Assembly (NCBI GenBank): GCA_017622825.1
Contig: JAGAQK010000040.1
Location: 1 to 39,566, forward strand
Direction: 5' to 3'
Source: Clostridia bacterium
Lineage (GTDB): Bacteria; Bacillota; Clostridia; UBA1212; UBA1255
Length of the DNA: 39,566 nt
Under the pieces are notes generated by a model. That model was not told the origin of the DNA and did not search any database. It worked only from the letters and a program-made list of their open reading frames with translations. Positions 28,358 through 36,490 of this stretch are shown piece by piece. The position numbers and the translations under genes are program-made. Position 1 is the first letter of the stretch; every line of letters begins with the position of its first letter.

Positions 28358-28897
28358 TTATTTGCCATAATGTTCCACAATCGTATCCCAAATAACTTTT
28401 GCCGCAAACTCCGCACCAATAAGCGAAGCATGTCCCCTGTCGGGGCTGTACATTTCAACGTCGGGATGCTCATCCTGGTATTTCCACCAAAGTTCACCTA
28501 TAGGAGCTACAAGACAGCCTGATATACGCGCCGCTTCATAGCAAGCCTCCGTCATTTCGGGTTGTTTGAACCTTTCGTGTTTCTGCGCCCACGGTACGAA
28601 AATAATAGGCATTGCCCCGCCGATACGCGCCCATTCCGTCAAAAGAGGAACCGCCTCCATCATTTTGCCGTCATAATCAAAAGGATGCGCGTGTTCTTGT
28701 AAAACAACGTAGTCATATCCGCCGTACTTTATATTAAACGGCACGTCAGGCTCTCTCGTGTGTTGCGAAAGCGTCCACCCTCCGTGTGCGTTCATAGTGG
28801 CAGAGCAATCAACGCCTGCGTCTTTTGCAATCTTCATTACAAGCCCGGGGACTTCATAATTAAAAGTATGGCTGTTACCTACAAATAAAATCTTCAT
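28358..28897 (-). CDS. SGNH/GDSL-like hydrolase (putative esterase/deacetylase)
   Basis: Block I is ILFVGNSHT, with Ser in the GDS position. Block V is the DxxH motif SPDRGHAS. The protein is small (179 aa) and cytoplasmic. Confidence 0.6.
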   Translation of the reverse strand: MKILFVGNSHTFNYEVPGLVMKIAKDAGVDCSATMNAHGGWTLSQHTREPDVPFNIKYGGYDYVVLQEHAHPFDYDGKMMEAVPLLTEWARIGGAMPIIFVPWAQKHERFKQPEMTEACYEAARISGCLVAPIGELWWKYQDEHPDVEMYSPDRGHASLIGAEFAAKVIWDTIVEHYGK

Positions 28898-28912
28898 AAA
28901 ATCACTCTTTCT

Positions 28913-30232
28913 TTAAATATATTTTGGCAAGTAGTCTCCGTGCGCCTCAATCAGTTCATCAACCATCTTCTTGATTGTATCTATGTCGAGTTCGCTTCCC
29001 GTGTGGGGGTCGAGCATTGCCGCCTGGTAAATGTGTTCTTTCTTTTGTGTCTTGACTGCCTCTATTGTAAGCAGTTGCACGTTTATGTTGGTCATATTCA
29101 TTGCCGCGCACTGTACAGGCAAGCTTCCTACACTGCACGGGTGAACTCCGGAGCCGTTTACAAGGCACGGAACTTCCACGCACGCCTCTTCGGGCAGATT
29201 TGAAATCAATCCGCCTTTATTGAGTACGTTGCCGCCTATCTGATACGGATTATTCGTCACTACTGCTTCCATAATTCTTGATGCGTATTCATGTGAACGG
29301 TTATGCTCTTTAACACCCGACTCAAGCATCTCCTGATATTCTTTTTTCCACGCTTCAATCTGTGCTATGCATCGCCTCGGATACTCATCTAACGGGATAT
29401 TATACTTACTTATCATTTCAGGGTACTTTTCCTTAATATAGAACATATTGTATTCTGCGTTATGTTCACTTGATTCTGTACAATAATAGCCGAAATTACG
29501 TATGTAATCAAAACGTACCTTATCACAAAAATCCGGCGAGTCAATTTTACTTTGAACTCTTTTTTTGATTTCAGGATAAAGGTCATTGCCGTCTTTATCT
29601 TTAATTTCCAGCAGCCATGCCATATGATTTATTCCGGCAATAAGCTCTTTGCGGCCTTCAAGCTTGTCTTCCAAGCCCACCATTCTCAAAAGATGCTCGC
29701 TGCACACCTGCACACTGTGACAAAGACCAACAGTTTTAATGCTTGAATATCTTAATATGTAACCGGTTAGCATCGCCATAGGATTAACATAGTTTAAGAA
29801 TAGTGCGTCGGGACAAACTTCCTGCATATCTCTTGCAAAATCCATCATTACAGGTGCCGTACGAAGCGTTCTCATAATGCCGCCTATACCGAGTGTGTCG
29901 CCTATCGTCTGTCTGAGGCCGTATTTTTTGGGCACTTCAAAATCAATAACAGTGCACGGCTCATAGCCTCCCACTTGTATTGCATTTACTACGAATTTCG
30001 CTCCTTTTAGCGCTTCTTTTCTATTTTCAACTCCGCAGTAGCATTCTATTTTGCCATATCCGCCCTTTGCTTTTCTCATTGCTTCAAGTATAACGCGGCT
30101 TTCTTCAAGTCTGCCTGCATCAATATCATACAACGCGAAAACGCTGTCTCTTAGCGACTCCGTACACATGCAGTCGCCAATAACGTTTCGTGCAAAAACC
30201 GTACTTCCTGCTCCCATAAACGTAATTTTCAT
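28913..30232 (-). CDS. Glycoside hydrolase family 4 (NAD+/Mn2+-dependent alpha-glucosidase/alpha-galactosidase type)
   Basis: The Rossmann N-terminus is MKITFMGAGSTVF. The GH4 signature region is NYVNPMAMLTGYILRYSSIKTVGLCHS. Confidence 0.85.
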   Translation of the reverse strand: MKITFMGAGSTVFARNVIGDCMCTESLRDSVFALYDIDAGRLEESRVILEAMRKAKGGYGKIECYCGVENRKEALKGAKFVVNAIQVGGYEPCTVIDFEVPKKYGLRQTIGDTLGIGGIMRTLRTAPVMMDFARDMQEVCPDALFLNYVNPMAMLTGYILRYSSIKTVGLCHSVQVCSEHLLRMVGLEDKLEGRKELIAGINHMAWLLEIKDKDGNDLYPEIKKRVQSKIDSPDFCDKVRFDYIRNFGYYCTESSEHNAEYNMFYIKEKYPEMISKYNIPLDEYPRRCIAQIEAWKKEYQEMLESGVKEHNRSHEYASRIMEAVVTNNPYQIGGNVLNKGGLISNLPEEACVEVPCLVNGSGVHPCSVGSLPVQCAAMNMTNINVQLLTIEAVKTQKKEHIYQAAMLDPHTGSELDIDTIKKMVDELIEAHGDYLPKYI

Positions 30233-30263
30233 TAAATTACCTCCTGTTTTCTCTTTGATAATC

Positions 30264-31319
30264 CTAAATTATCACTTCGTGGCCTGTTTCTGCCGATTCA
30301 TAAATCGCATCAAGTATCTTCATAAGTATCACGCCGTCCTCTGCCGGTGCTTTACACTCTCCGCCACTTATTACACAGTCTACGAAATGGTTAATTTCGC
30401 TTTCAAACAACCCGTCGAATGACAATGCTGTTGACTGATTAAACGAAACATTTGTCAGGTAGCCGTTACGATCGTTGAAAATTTCCAATTCAGGTGATAA
30501 ATTAGCGCCTGCTTTCGTGCCGAAAATTTCAATCGTTCCCACGTCTTTTTTTATATTTAAGCTAAAACTTGCTTCAACCGACAATACTATTCCGTTGTCA
30601 AATCTAACGAGCGCCGTGGCCATATCTTCAACATCAAATATTTCTGCCCCACCGGTAGACGAAGCAACATAGCCTTTTTCTTTTTTAATGTCCTTGCGAT
30701 CTCCTAATTTCTTGAAGGTGGCACCAAATGCCGAAACGGGCATCGGTCTTCCTGCAATATATCGTGCCAAATCTATAACGTGAACACCTAAATCTATAAG
30801 CGGTCCGCCTCCAGAGAGCGATTTGTTGCCAAACCAGCCGCCCGGTGAGCCTGCTCTGCGCAGATAAGTTGTTTTTGCATAATATATATCCCCGAAGTCG
30901 CCTGCATCAACAAAGTCTTTAAGAACTGTACAGTCTTTACCGAACCTGCGCACAAAGCCTATCATAAGGAGTTTGTTATTCTTTTCTGCTGCTTTTTGCA
31001 TTTCTATGGCTTGTTTTGCATTCATTGCCATAGGTTTCTCGCAAATAACGTGTTTACCCGCATTAAGTGCTGCTATGGAGCATTCTGCGTGTGCGCAGTT
31101 CCACGTGCAAACGCTTACTGCATCAAGCTCCGGGCATTCTGCAAACATTTCTTCTTTGCTCGTATACAGCCTTGTTACGCCGTATTTTTCTCCCATTTCG
31201 CGCAATCTTTGCTCATTTATGTCGCAAAAAGCATATATTTCACAATTTGGGTTCTTTTTATATGATGCCAGATGGTGTTGGGCTATATTTCCCACTCCTA
31301 TAATTCCTATTTTTAGCAT
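30264..31319 (-). CDS. Gfo/Idh/MocA family NAD(P)-dependent oxidoreductase
   Basis: N-terminal MLKIGIIGVGNIAQHHL and the EKP motif (VICEKPMAMN). Confidence 0.85.
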   Translation of the reverse strand: MLKIGIIGVGNIAQHHLASYKKNPNCEIYAFCDINEQRLREMGEKYGVTRLYTSKEEMFAECPELDAVSVCTWNCAHAECSIAALNAGKHVICEKPMAMNAKQAIEMQKAAEKNNKLLMIGFVRRFGKDCTVLKDFVDAGDFGDIYYAKTTYLRRAGSPGGWFGNKSLSGGGPLIDLGVHVIDLARYIAGRPMPVSAFGATFKKLGDRKDIKKEKGYVASSTGGAEIFDVEDMATALVRFDNGIVLSVEASFSLNIKKDVGTIEIFGTKAGANLSPELEIFNDRNGYLTNVSFNQSTALSFDGLFESEINHFVDCVISGGECKAPAEDGVILMKILDAIYESAETGHEVII

Positions 31320-31338
31320 TTTGATTTCCTCCTGTTTT

Positions 31339-32187
31339 TTATTTCATTTTTTCTTTAAGAAAGGTCACTGCTCTCGATATATCTTTTGCAGGATCTTCGC
31401 CAACTTCCCTTTCTATCGTCAGGAAGCCTTTATATCCTATTTCATCAAGTGCTTTCAAGTAATTGCCAAAATCCACGTTTCCTTCTCCCAGCGGCATTTC
31501 ACGGAACGCCACCCCCCACGCTGCTGTCTCGTCTTCTTTACGTATACCGTAAATAACTTCCGGATCTTTATCAAGTAGCTTTACGCCATCCTTGGCATGT
31601 GTGTGCACTATGTAATCCTTTAGCGTGTAGACTGCTTTTACAGGGTCGTCTCCTGTTACCATTACGAGATTTGCAGGGTCAAGATTTACTGCCACACCGT
31701 CGGAGCCAAGGCTATCTAAGAATTCTTTTAATACCGCGGCCGTCTCCGGTCCCGTCTCTACTGCGAAATGGCCGCCTATTGCTTTTGCATAATCGGCTAA
31801 TTCTTTGCACGCTTTTTGCATTATCGCATACCTCGGATGTTTCTTGTCTGTTGGTACAACGCCTATATGTGTCGTTACTATATTTGTTTCAAAAAGCATC
31901 GTCAGCTCCATTACTCGTTTTGAGCGTTCTATAATTTCACGGTTTGTTTCCTCGCATCCAAATCCGTGTCCGAAATCTCCGCAAATTGCTGACACGCTTA
32001 GTCCGTATGACTTTATAACTTTGAGCATTTCTTTAATTTTAGCTTCTGTTAATGACTCCGGTAGCATATCACCTCCGGTCATATACATTTGAAGTCCGTT
32101 AATACCTAATGAAGCTGCTTTTTCTACAGCTTCTGCAAAAGGCAGTCTGAATGATTCAAGCATTGCTCCTATTGGAAATTCATACAT
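31339..32187 (-). CDS. Xylose-isomerase-like TIM-barrel protein (sugar phosphate isomerase/epimerase family)
   Basis: A 282-aa protein with [31 protein letters not shown], typical of this family. It is the first gene of a four-gene minus-strand operon with gaps of 19, 31 and 15 nt. Confidence 0.75.
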   Translation of the reverse strand: MYEFPIGAMLESFRLPFAEAVEKAASLGINGLQMYMTGGDMLPESLTEAKIKEMLKVIKSYGLSVSAICGDFGHGFGCEETNREIIERSKRVMELTMLFETNIVTTHIGVVPTDKKHPRYAIMQKACKELADYAKAIGGHFAVETGPETAAVLKEFLDSLGSDGVAVNLDPANLVMVTGDDPVKAVYTLKDYIVHTHAKDGVKLLDKDPEVIYGIRKEDETAAWGVAFREMPLGEGNVDFGNYLKALDEIGYKGFLTIEREVGEDPAKDISRAVTFLKEKMK

Positions 32188-32269
32188 ATTTTCACCTCAG
32201 ATTTTTTATTTCAATATAAGTTGTATTTTAATATAAATATTGTTTTTTGTGAATATGTTATTTACAAAA

Positions 32270-33935
32270 AGTAAAAAAACAGGACCTGCTTTTTTGCAAG
32301 TCCTGTCTTTTTTAACTAATCACTTTTTAACGAATGTTTTCTTTTACAATTATACCTTATTAATCGAGAACATCTGTGCGTTTGAATAGTTTCTTGTGTA
32401 AATTGAAATGTTTGATCCTGTTGCAATATTGCCTGCATAAACATCAAGAACTCTTGTTTTTGATACTGCAGAGCGAATAATGAACTTTCCTTCTTTCTGG
32501 TATACGTACCAACGCTGGGCTCTTGTATTATTGCTGTCATAAATCTGTACGTTTGCAAAGTCTGCATCACTTGCGCCTGATACGTCAAGAACTTTACCTG
32601 TCGCTTTGTGTGTAATCTTATATGTACCATCTGACTGCAAATCAAACTTCCATGTCTGACTTGAGGATGACGTTGATGTCTTTACAAGCTGTACATTTGT
32701 GCCTGACACACCAAGACTCTGTGAACCTATTGCTATGTTTGCATAGAAGCCTGTTCCGATTGTTGTGCTTCCAACGATATCCATATAATCTCCGCTTACC
32801 TTCGTTACCTTAAACTTCTGAGCTGCACTCTCATTGTATGTGTAAATCTGCAATTTTGTACCGGCTGTTGTACCAGCTCCCACAACATCAAGAACGCATG
32901 ATGTTGAGTTCTTAGGAAGGAATACATAACCATTTGATGTGTTGTAAATTAACCATCTCTGTGCATTGCTGTCATTTGATGCATACGTTTGAACTTTCGT
33001 ACCCGAAGCATCATAACCGCCGTACACGTCAAGAACCTTACCTGAAGCCTGGTTAACTATCTTGTAGCTGCCGTCTGAGTGACGTACGAACTTCCACAAC
33101 TGATTTGCTACTACTGCATTATTTGCAAGTGCAACGGTTGATGAAGAATCTGCCAGGTTCTTTCCTGAACCCACACCTGAAATTTGAGCATAGAACTCTG
33201 TACCGAGATTTACGCATGTGTTTGACGCCGCAAAGTTCTCTATTTTAGAAATTGATGCAAATGAATACTTCTGCGCCGCTGTACCATTACTGGTGTATAT
33301 CTGAATGTTTGCACCTGCACTTGTACTGCCGTTTGATACGTCAAGAACGCAAGTTGTGCTGCATTTTGGCTGAATAACGTATACACCGGTCTCACGCTCA
33401 TACAAATACCATCTCTGTGCGTTTGAACCGTTTCCTGCATATGTTTGAACGTTTGTTCCTGCTTTGTTTGCAGCGCCCGCAACGTCAAGTACGTTTCCTG
33501 TCTTCTTATTTTTTATTGTATACGTGCCGTCATCCGCATTCTTTATGAATGTCCAAGCCTGTGTTGCATCAACTGCTTTTGATGCCGTTACAACATTTGA
33601 TCCGGACAAGCCCAAAGAAAGTCCGTTAACGTTTATTCTAAGGTCAATGTTATTGCCGATATCAGTAGGTGCAGCGGTCTTACGTATTTCTTTTGAGCCA
33701 TATTTTACGAAATGCTCCATCGCCTTCAGGTAATTTGTGCCAAATGCTGCTTTAAGGTCTGAATTCGACTCTGTATAATACTTGATACTAAAATTCGGAC
33801 TAGCTTGTCTACCTTCTTTTATACCGAAGTCTAAGAAGTGGTTATAAAGCTTTTGGGCATCAGTACCGAATGCTGCTTTAAGATCTGCATTTTTGCTTGC
33901 ATAATAATTGGCATCAAATACTACGGACTTAAGAC
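32270..33935. repeat. Copy A of a dispersed direct repeat of about 1.66 kb, covering the 3' 1.58 kb of the CHAP-ricin gene plus its terminator
   Basis: The encoded 527 aa align without gaps to the C-terminal 527 aa of the 34905-37796 protein. The last ~150 aa differ at only about 10 positions. The downstream hairpins are also homologous. Confidence 0.85.
32273..32313 (-). terminator. Rho-independent terminator of the 775-aa gene
   Basis: ACAGGACCTGC / GCAAGTCCTGT stem with one mismatch, flanked by A7 and T6 runs. On the minus strand the hairpin is followed by TTTTTTT. Confidence 0.75.
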
Positions 33936-34677
33936 TTGAAGGAATTAATCCACTCTCTTCCAATGAATCACCTGTTGTATAGTTAGGTCTGCATATATAT
34001 CTAACGTATGTACTTGATGAAGGATATGATTTATCTGAGCAGCATCCTCCGTCTGTTGAAAAGTATGCTGAGCTTGTGTTACCTTCTATTGTGTAAAGTG
34101 TGCCGTTAGAATATCCTGTAACGAGACCTACGTGGTTAACTGTTCTTCCGCTTGCAGCACCTGATGAAGAAAGGAAGTAAACAACGTCTCCCGGAAGAGG
34201 TGTGTATCCTCCTGCCTTTACTGTTGCCCATGAGTATGCTCTGCCTTGGTTTTTGAAGAGTTTTACCTGTGACTCTGTGTATTGATGATAGTCGATAATG
34301 CTCTCACTTACACCTGCATTGTATGCACACCAAGATACAAACATTGCGCACCATTGTGCTCCACTGTACCAAGATTCTCCTATGTATGAACCATACCATC
34401 TGCCATACTCAGTATAGTTGTTACTACCGGGCACTTCGCCTGAATAGCGTCCTGACGAGCCACCTTCCTGATAACCTATCTGAGATTTTGCAATATTTAC
34501 AATATCTGTTCTCTGATTTCCTGTGAGCTGAACATTTGTCAATGCCCTATAATACTTACCGGATGCATATGACGATGAACCGCTGTAAGAAAGTGCCTCT
34601 GACTTAATCGGCAACAATGCAGAGAACATTGCTACAACCAAAAGCACTGCAACGATTAAATTGAATTTCCTTTTCAT
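32350..34677 (-). CDS. Secreted modular protein of 775 aa: CHAP-domain (NlpC/P60-like amidase/peptidase) head, two helical repeats and three ricin-type beta-trefoil modules
   Basis: Signal peptide MKRKFNLIVAVLLVVAMFSALL. The CHAP Cys motif is QWCAMFVSWCAYNAG and the His motif is GDVVYF..VNHVGLV. The helical repeats read FDANYYASKNADLKAAFG..HFLDFGIKEGRQAS. QxW motifs include QAWTF, QRWYLY, QLWKF, QRWLIY, QTWKF and QRWYVY. Confidence 0.75.
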   Translation of the reverse strand: MKRKFNLIVAVLLVVAMFSALLPIKSEALSYSGSSSYASGKYYRALTNVQLTGNQRTDIVNIAKSQIGYQEGGSSGRYSGEVPGSNNYTEYGRWYGSYIGESWYSGAQWCAMFVSWCAYNAGVSESIIDYHQYTESQVKLFKNQGRAYSWATVKAGGYTPLPGDVVYFLSSSGAASGRTVNHVGLVTGYSNGTLYTIEGNTSSAYFSTDGGCCSDKSYPSSSTYVRYICRPNYTTGDSLEESGLIPSSLKSVVFDANYYASKNADLKAAFGTDAQKLYNHFLDFGIKEGRQASPNFSIKYYTESNSDLKAAFGTNYLKAMEHFVKYGSKEIRKTAAPTDIGNNIDLRINVNGLSLGLSGSNVVTASKAVDATQAWTFIKNADDGTYTIKNKKTGNVLDVAGAANKAGTNVQTYAGNGSNAQRWYLYERETGVYVIQPKCSTTCVLDVSNGSTSAGANIQIYTSNGTAAQKYSFASISKIENFAASNTCVNLGTEFYAQISGVGSGKNLADSSSTVALANNAVVANQLWKFVRHSDGSYKIVNQASGKVLDVYGGYDASGTKVQTYASNDSNAQRWLIYNTSNGYVFLPKNSTSCVLDVVGAGTTAGTKLQIYTYNESAAQKFKVTKVSGDYMDIVGSTTIGTGFYANIAIGSQSLGVSGTNVQLVKTSTSSSSQTWKFDLQSDGTYKITHKATGKVLDVSGASDADFANVQIYDSNNTRAQRWYVYQKEGKFIIRSAVSKTRVLDVYAGNIATGSNISIYTRNYSNAQMFSINKV

Positions 34678-34764
34678 ATCGGAAAAACCTCCTTAATTTT
34701 TTTAAATTTTTACTACGCATACGATTTCCAAACATCAAAAACCGCACTATCAAAACTATCAAGA

Positions 34765-34793
34765 ATTGTACATCTTTAATTCATCAGTGTCAA
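34765..34793 (-). promoter_or_regulatory. SigA promoter for the 775-aa gene (TTGACA, 17-nt spacer, TACAAT)
   Basis: Reading the reverse complement gives TTGACA at 34793-34788 and TACAAT at 34770-34765, with a 17-nt spacer. The implied 5' UTR is about 80 nt. Confidence 0.55.
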
Positions 34794-34824
34794 TAAAAAT
34801 TAATGAACTATACATATTTTTTTC

Positions 34825-34862
34825 AAAAAAACAGGACTTGCTTTTATCCTTGCAAGTCCTGC
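34825..34862 (-). terminator. Rho-independent terminator of the 973-aa-ORF gene
   Basis: CAGGACTTGC (34832-34841) pairs with GCAAGTCCTG (34852-34861). On the minus strand it is followed by TTTTTTT. It is a paralog of the terminator at 32273-32313. Confidence 0.75.
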
Positions 34863-36490
34863 CTTGTTTAACTAATTATTTTTTACGAACGTGTTCTTCT
34901 ACAATTATACTTTATTAATCGAGAACATCTGTGCGTTTGAATAGTTTCTTGTGTAAATCGAAATGTTTGATCCTGTTGCAATATTGCCTGAGAAAACATC
35001 AAGAACTCTTGTTTTTGATACTGCAGAGCGAATAATGAACTTTCCTTCTTTCTGGTATACGTACCAACGCTGTGCTCTTGTATTATTGCTGTCATAAATC
35101 TGTACGTTTGCAAAGTCTGCATCATTGGCATTAGATACATCAAGAACTTTACCTGTAGCCTTGTGTGTAATCTTGTATGTGCCATCCGACTGCAAGTCAA
35201 ACTTCCATGTCTGGCTTGAAGAGGATTTTGATGTATTTACAAGCTGTACGTTCGTACCGGACACGCCAAGGCTCTGTGAGCCAACTGCTATATTTGCATA
35301 GAAGCCTGTTCCGATAGTTGTGCTTCCAATCGTATCCATATAATCTCCGCTTACTTTCGTCACGTTAAACTTCTGTGCTGTAGTCTCATTGAATGTGTAA
35401 ATCTGCAAGTTTGTTCCCGCAACGTTTGCTCCCATAACAACATCAAGTACATTTGATGTTGAATTCTTAGGAAGGAATATATAGCCGTTCTCTGTACTGT
35501 AGAGATACCATCTCTGCGCGTTACTGTCATTTGATACATACGTCTGAACTTTTGTTCCCGAAGCATCATATCCGCCATATACGTCGATAACTTTGCCGGA
35601 AGCTTGGTTTACAATCTTGTAACTACCGTCCGAATAACGTACGAACTTCCACAATTGAGCCGGTACCATTGCGTTATCTGCAAGTACTAAGCTGGAAGAA
35701 ACATCAGCAAGATTCTTTCCTGAACCTACACCTGTAATCTGTGCATAAAACTCATTACCGAGGTTAACGTAAGAACTTGATGAAACAAAATTTTCAACTT
35801 TCGAAATTGATGAAAGTGAATATTTCTGTGCCGCAGAGCCGTTATTTGTATATATCTGAATATTTGCGCCTGCTTTTGTGCTACCGCCCGATACGTCAAG
35901 AACGCACGTAGTGCTGCACTTAGGTTGTATCACGAATGATCCGTCTTTGCGGTCATACAAATACCATCTCTGTGCATTTGTACCATTGCCGTCATAAGTC
36001 TGAACGTTTGTTCCCGCTGTTTTTCCTGCTCCGTGTACGTCAAGTACTTTTCCTGTTGTCTTATTCTTGATTGTATACGTACCATCATCTGCATTCTTTA
36101 TAAATGTCCAGATTTCTGATGCGTTAATTGCTTTTGTTGCTGTAACTACATTCGTTCCCGACAGTCCCACAGCAAGACCGTTAACGTTAATTCTGAAATC
36201 TACGTTATTGCCGATATCAGCGGGAGGAGCAGTTTTACGTACTTCATTTTTACCAAACTCAACAAAGTGTTTCATTGCCTTTACGTAATCTGTGCCGAAT
36301 GCTGCTTTGAGGTCCGAATTCGCCTCAGTATAGTATTTAATACTGAAGTTCGGGCTTGCCTGTCTGCCTTCTTTTATACCAAAGTCTAAGAAGTGGTTGT
36401 AAAGCTTTGCTGCGTCGTTACCGAATGCTGCCTTAAGGTCTGCGTTGTTATTTGCATAATATGTTGCATCAAAAACTACCGATTTAAGGC
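34825..36490. repeat. Copy B of the direct repeat of about 1.66 kb
   Basis: See copy A. The offset between the two copies is about 2555 bp. Confidence 0.85.

Noticed and set aside
32316-32645. 109-aa minus-strand ORF, and its twin at 34883-35200
   Set aside because: They are out-of-frame overlaps with the 3' ends of the two ricin-lectin genes. They are duplicated only because the underlying DNA is duplicated, and each extends past the real stop into the terminator.
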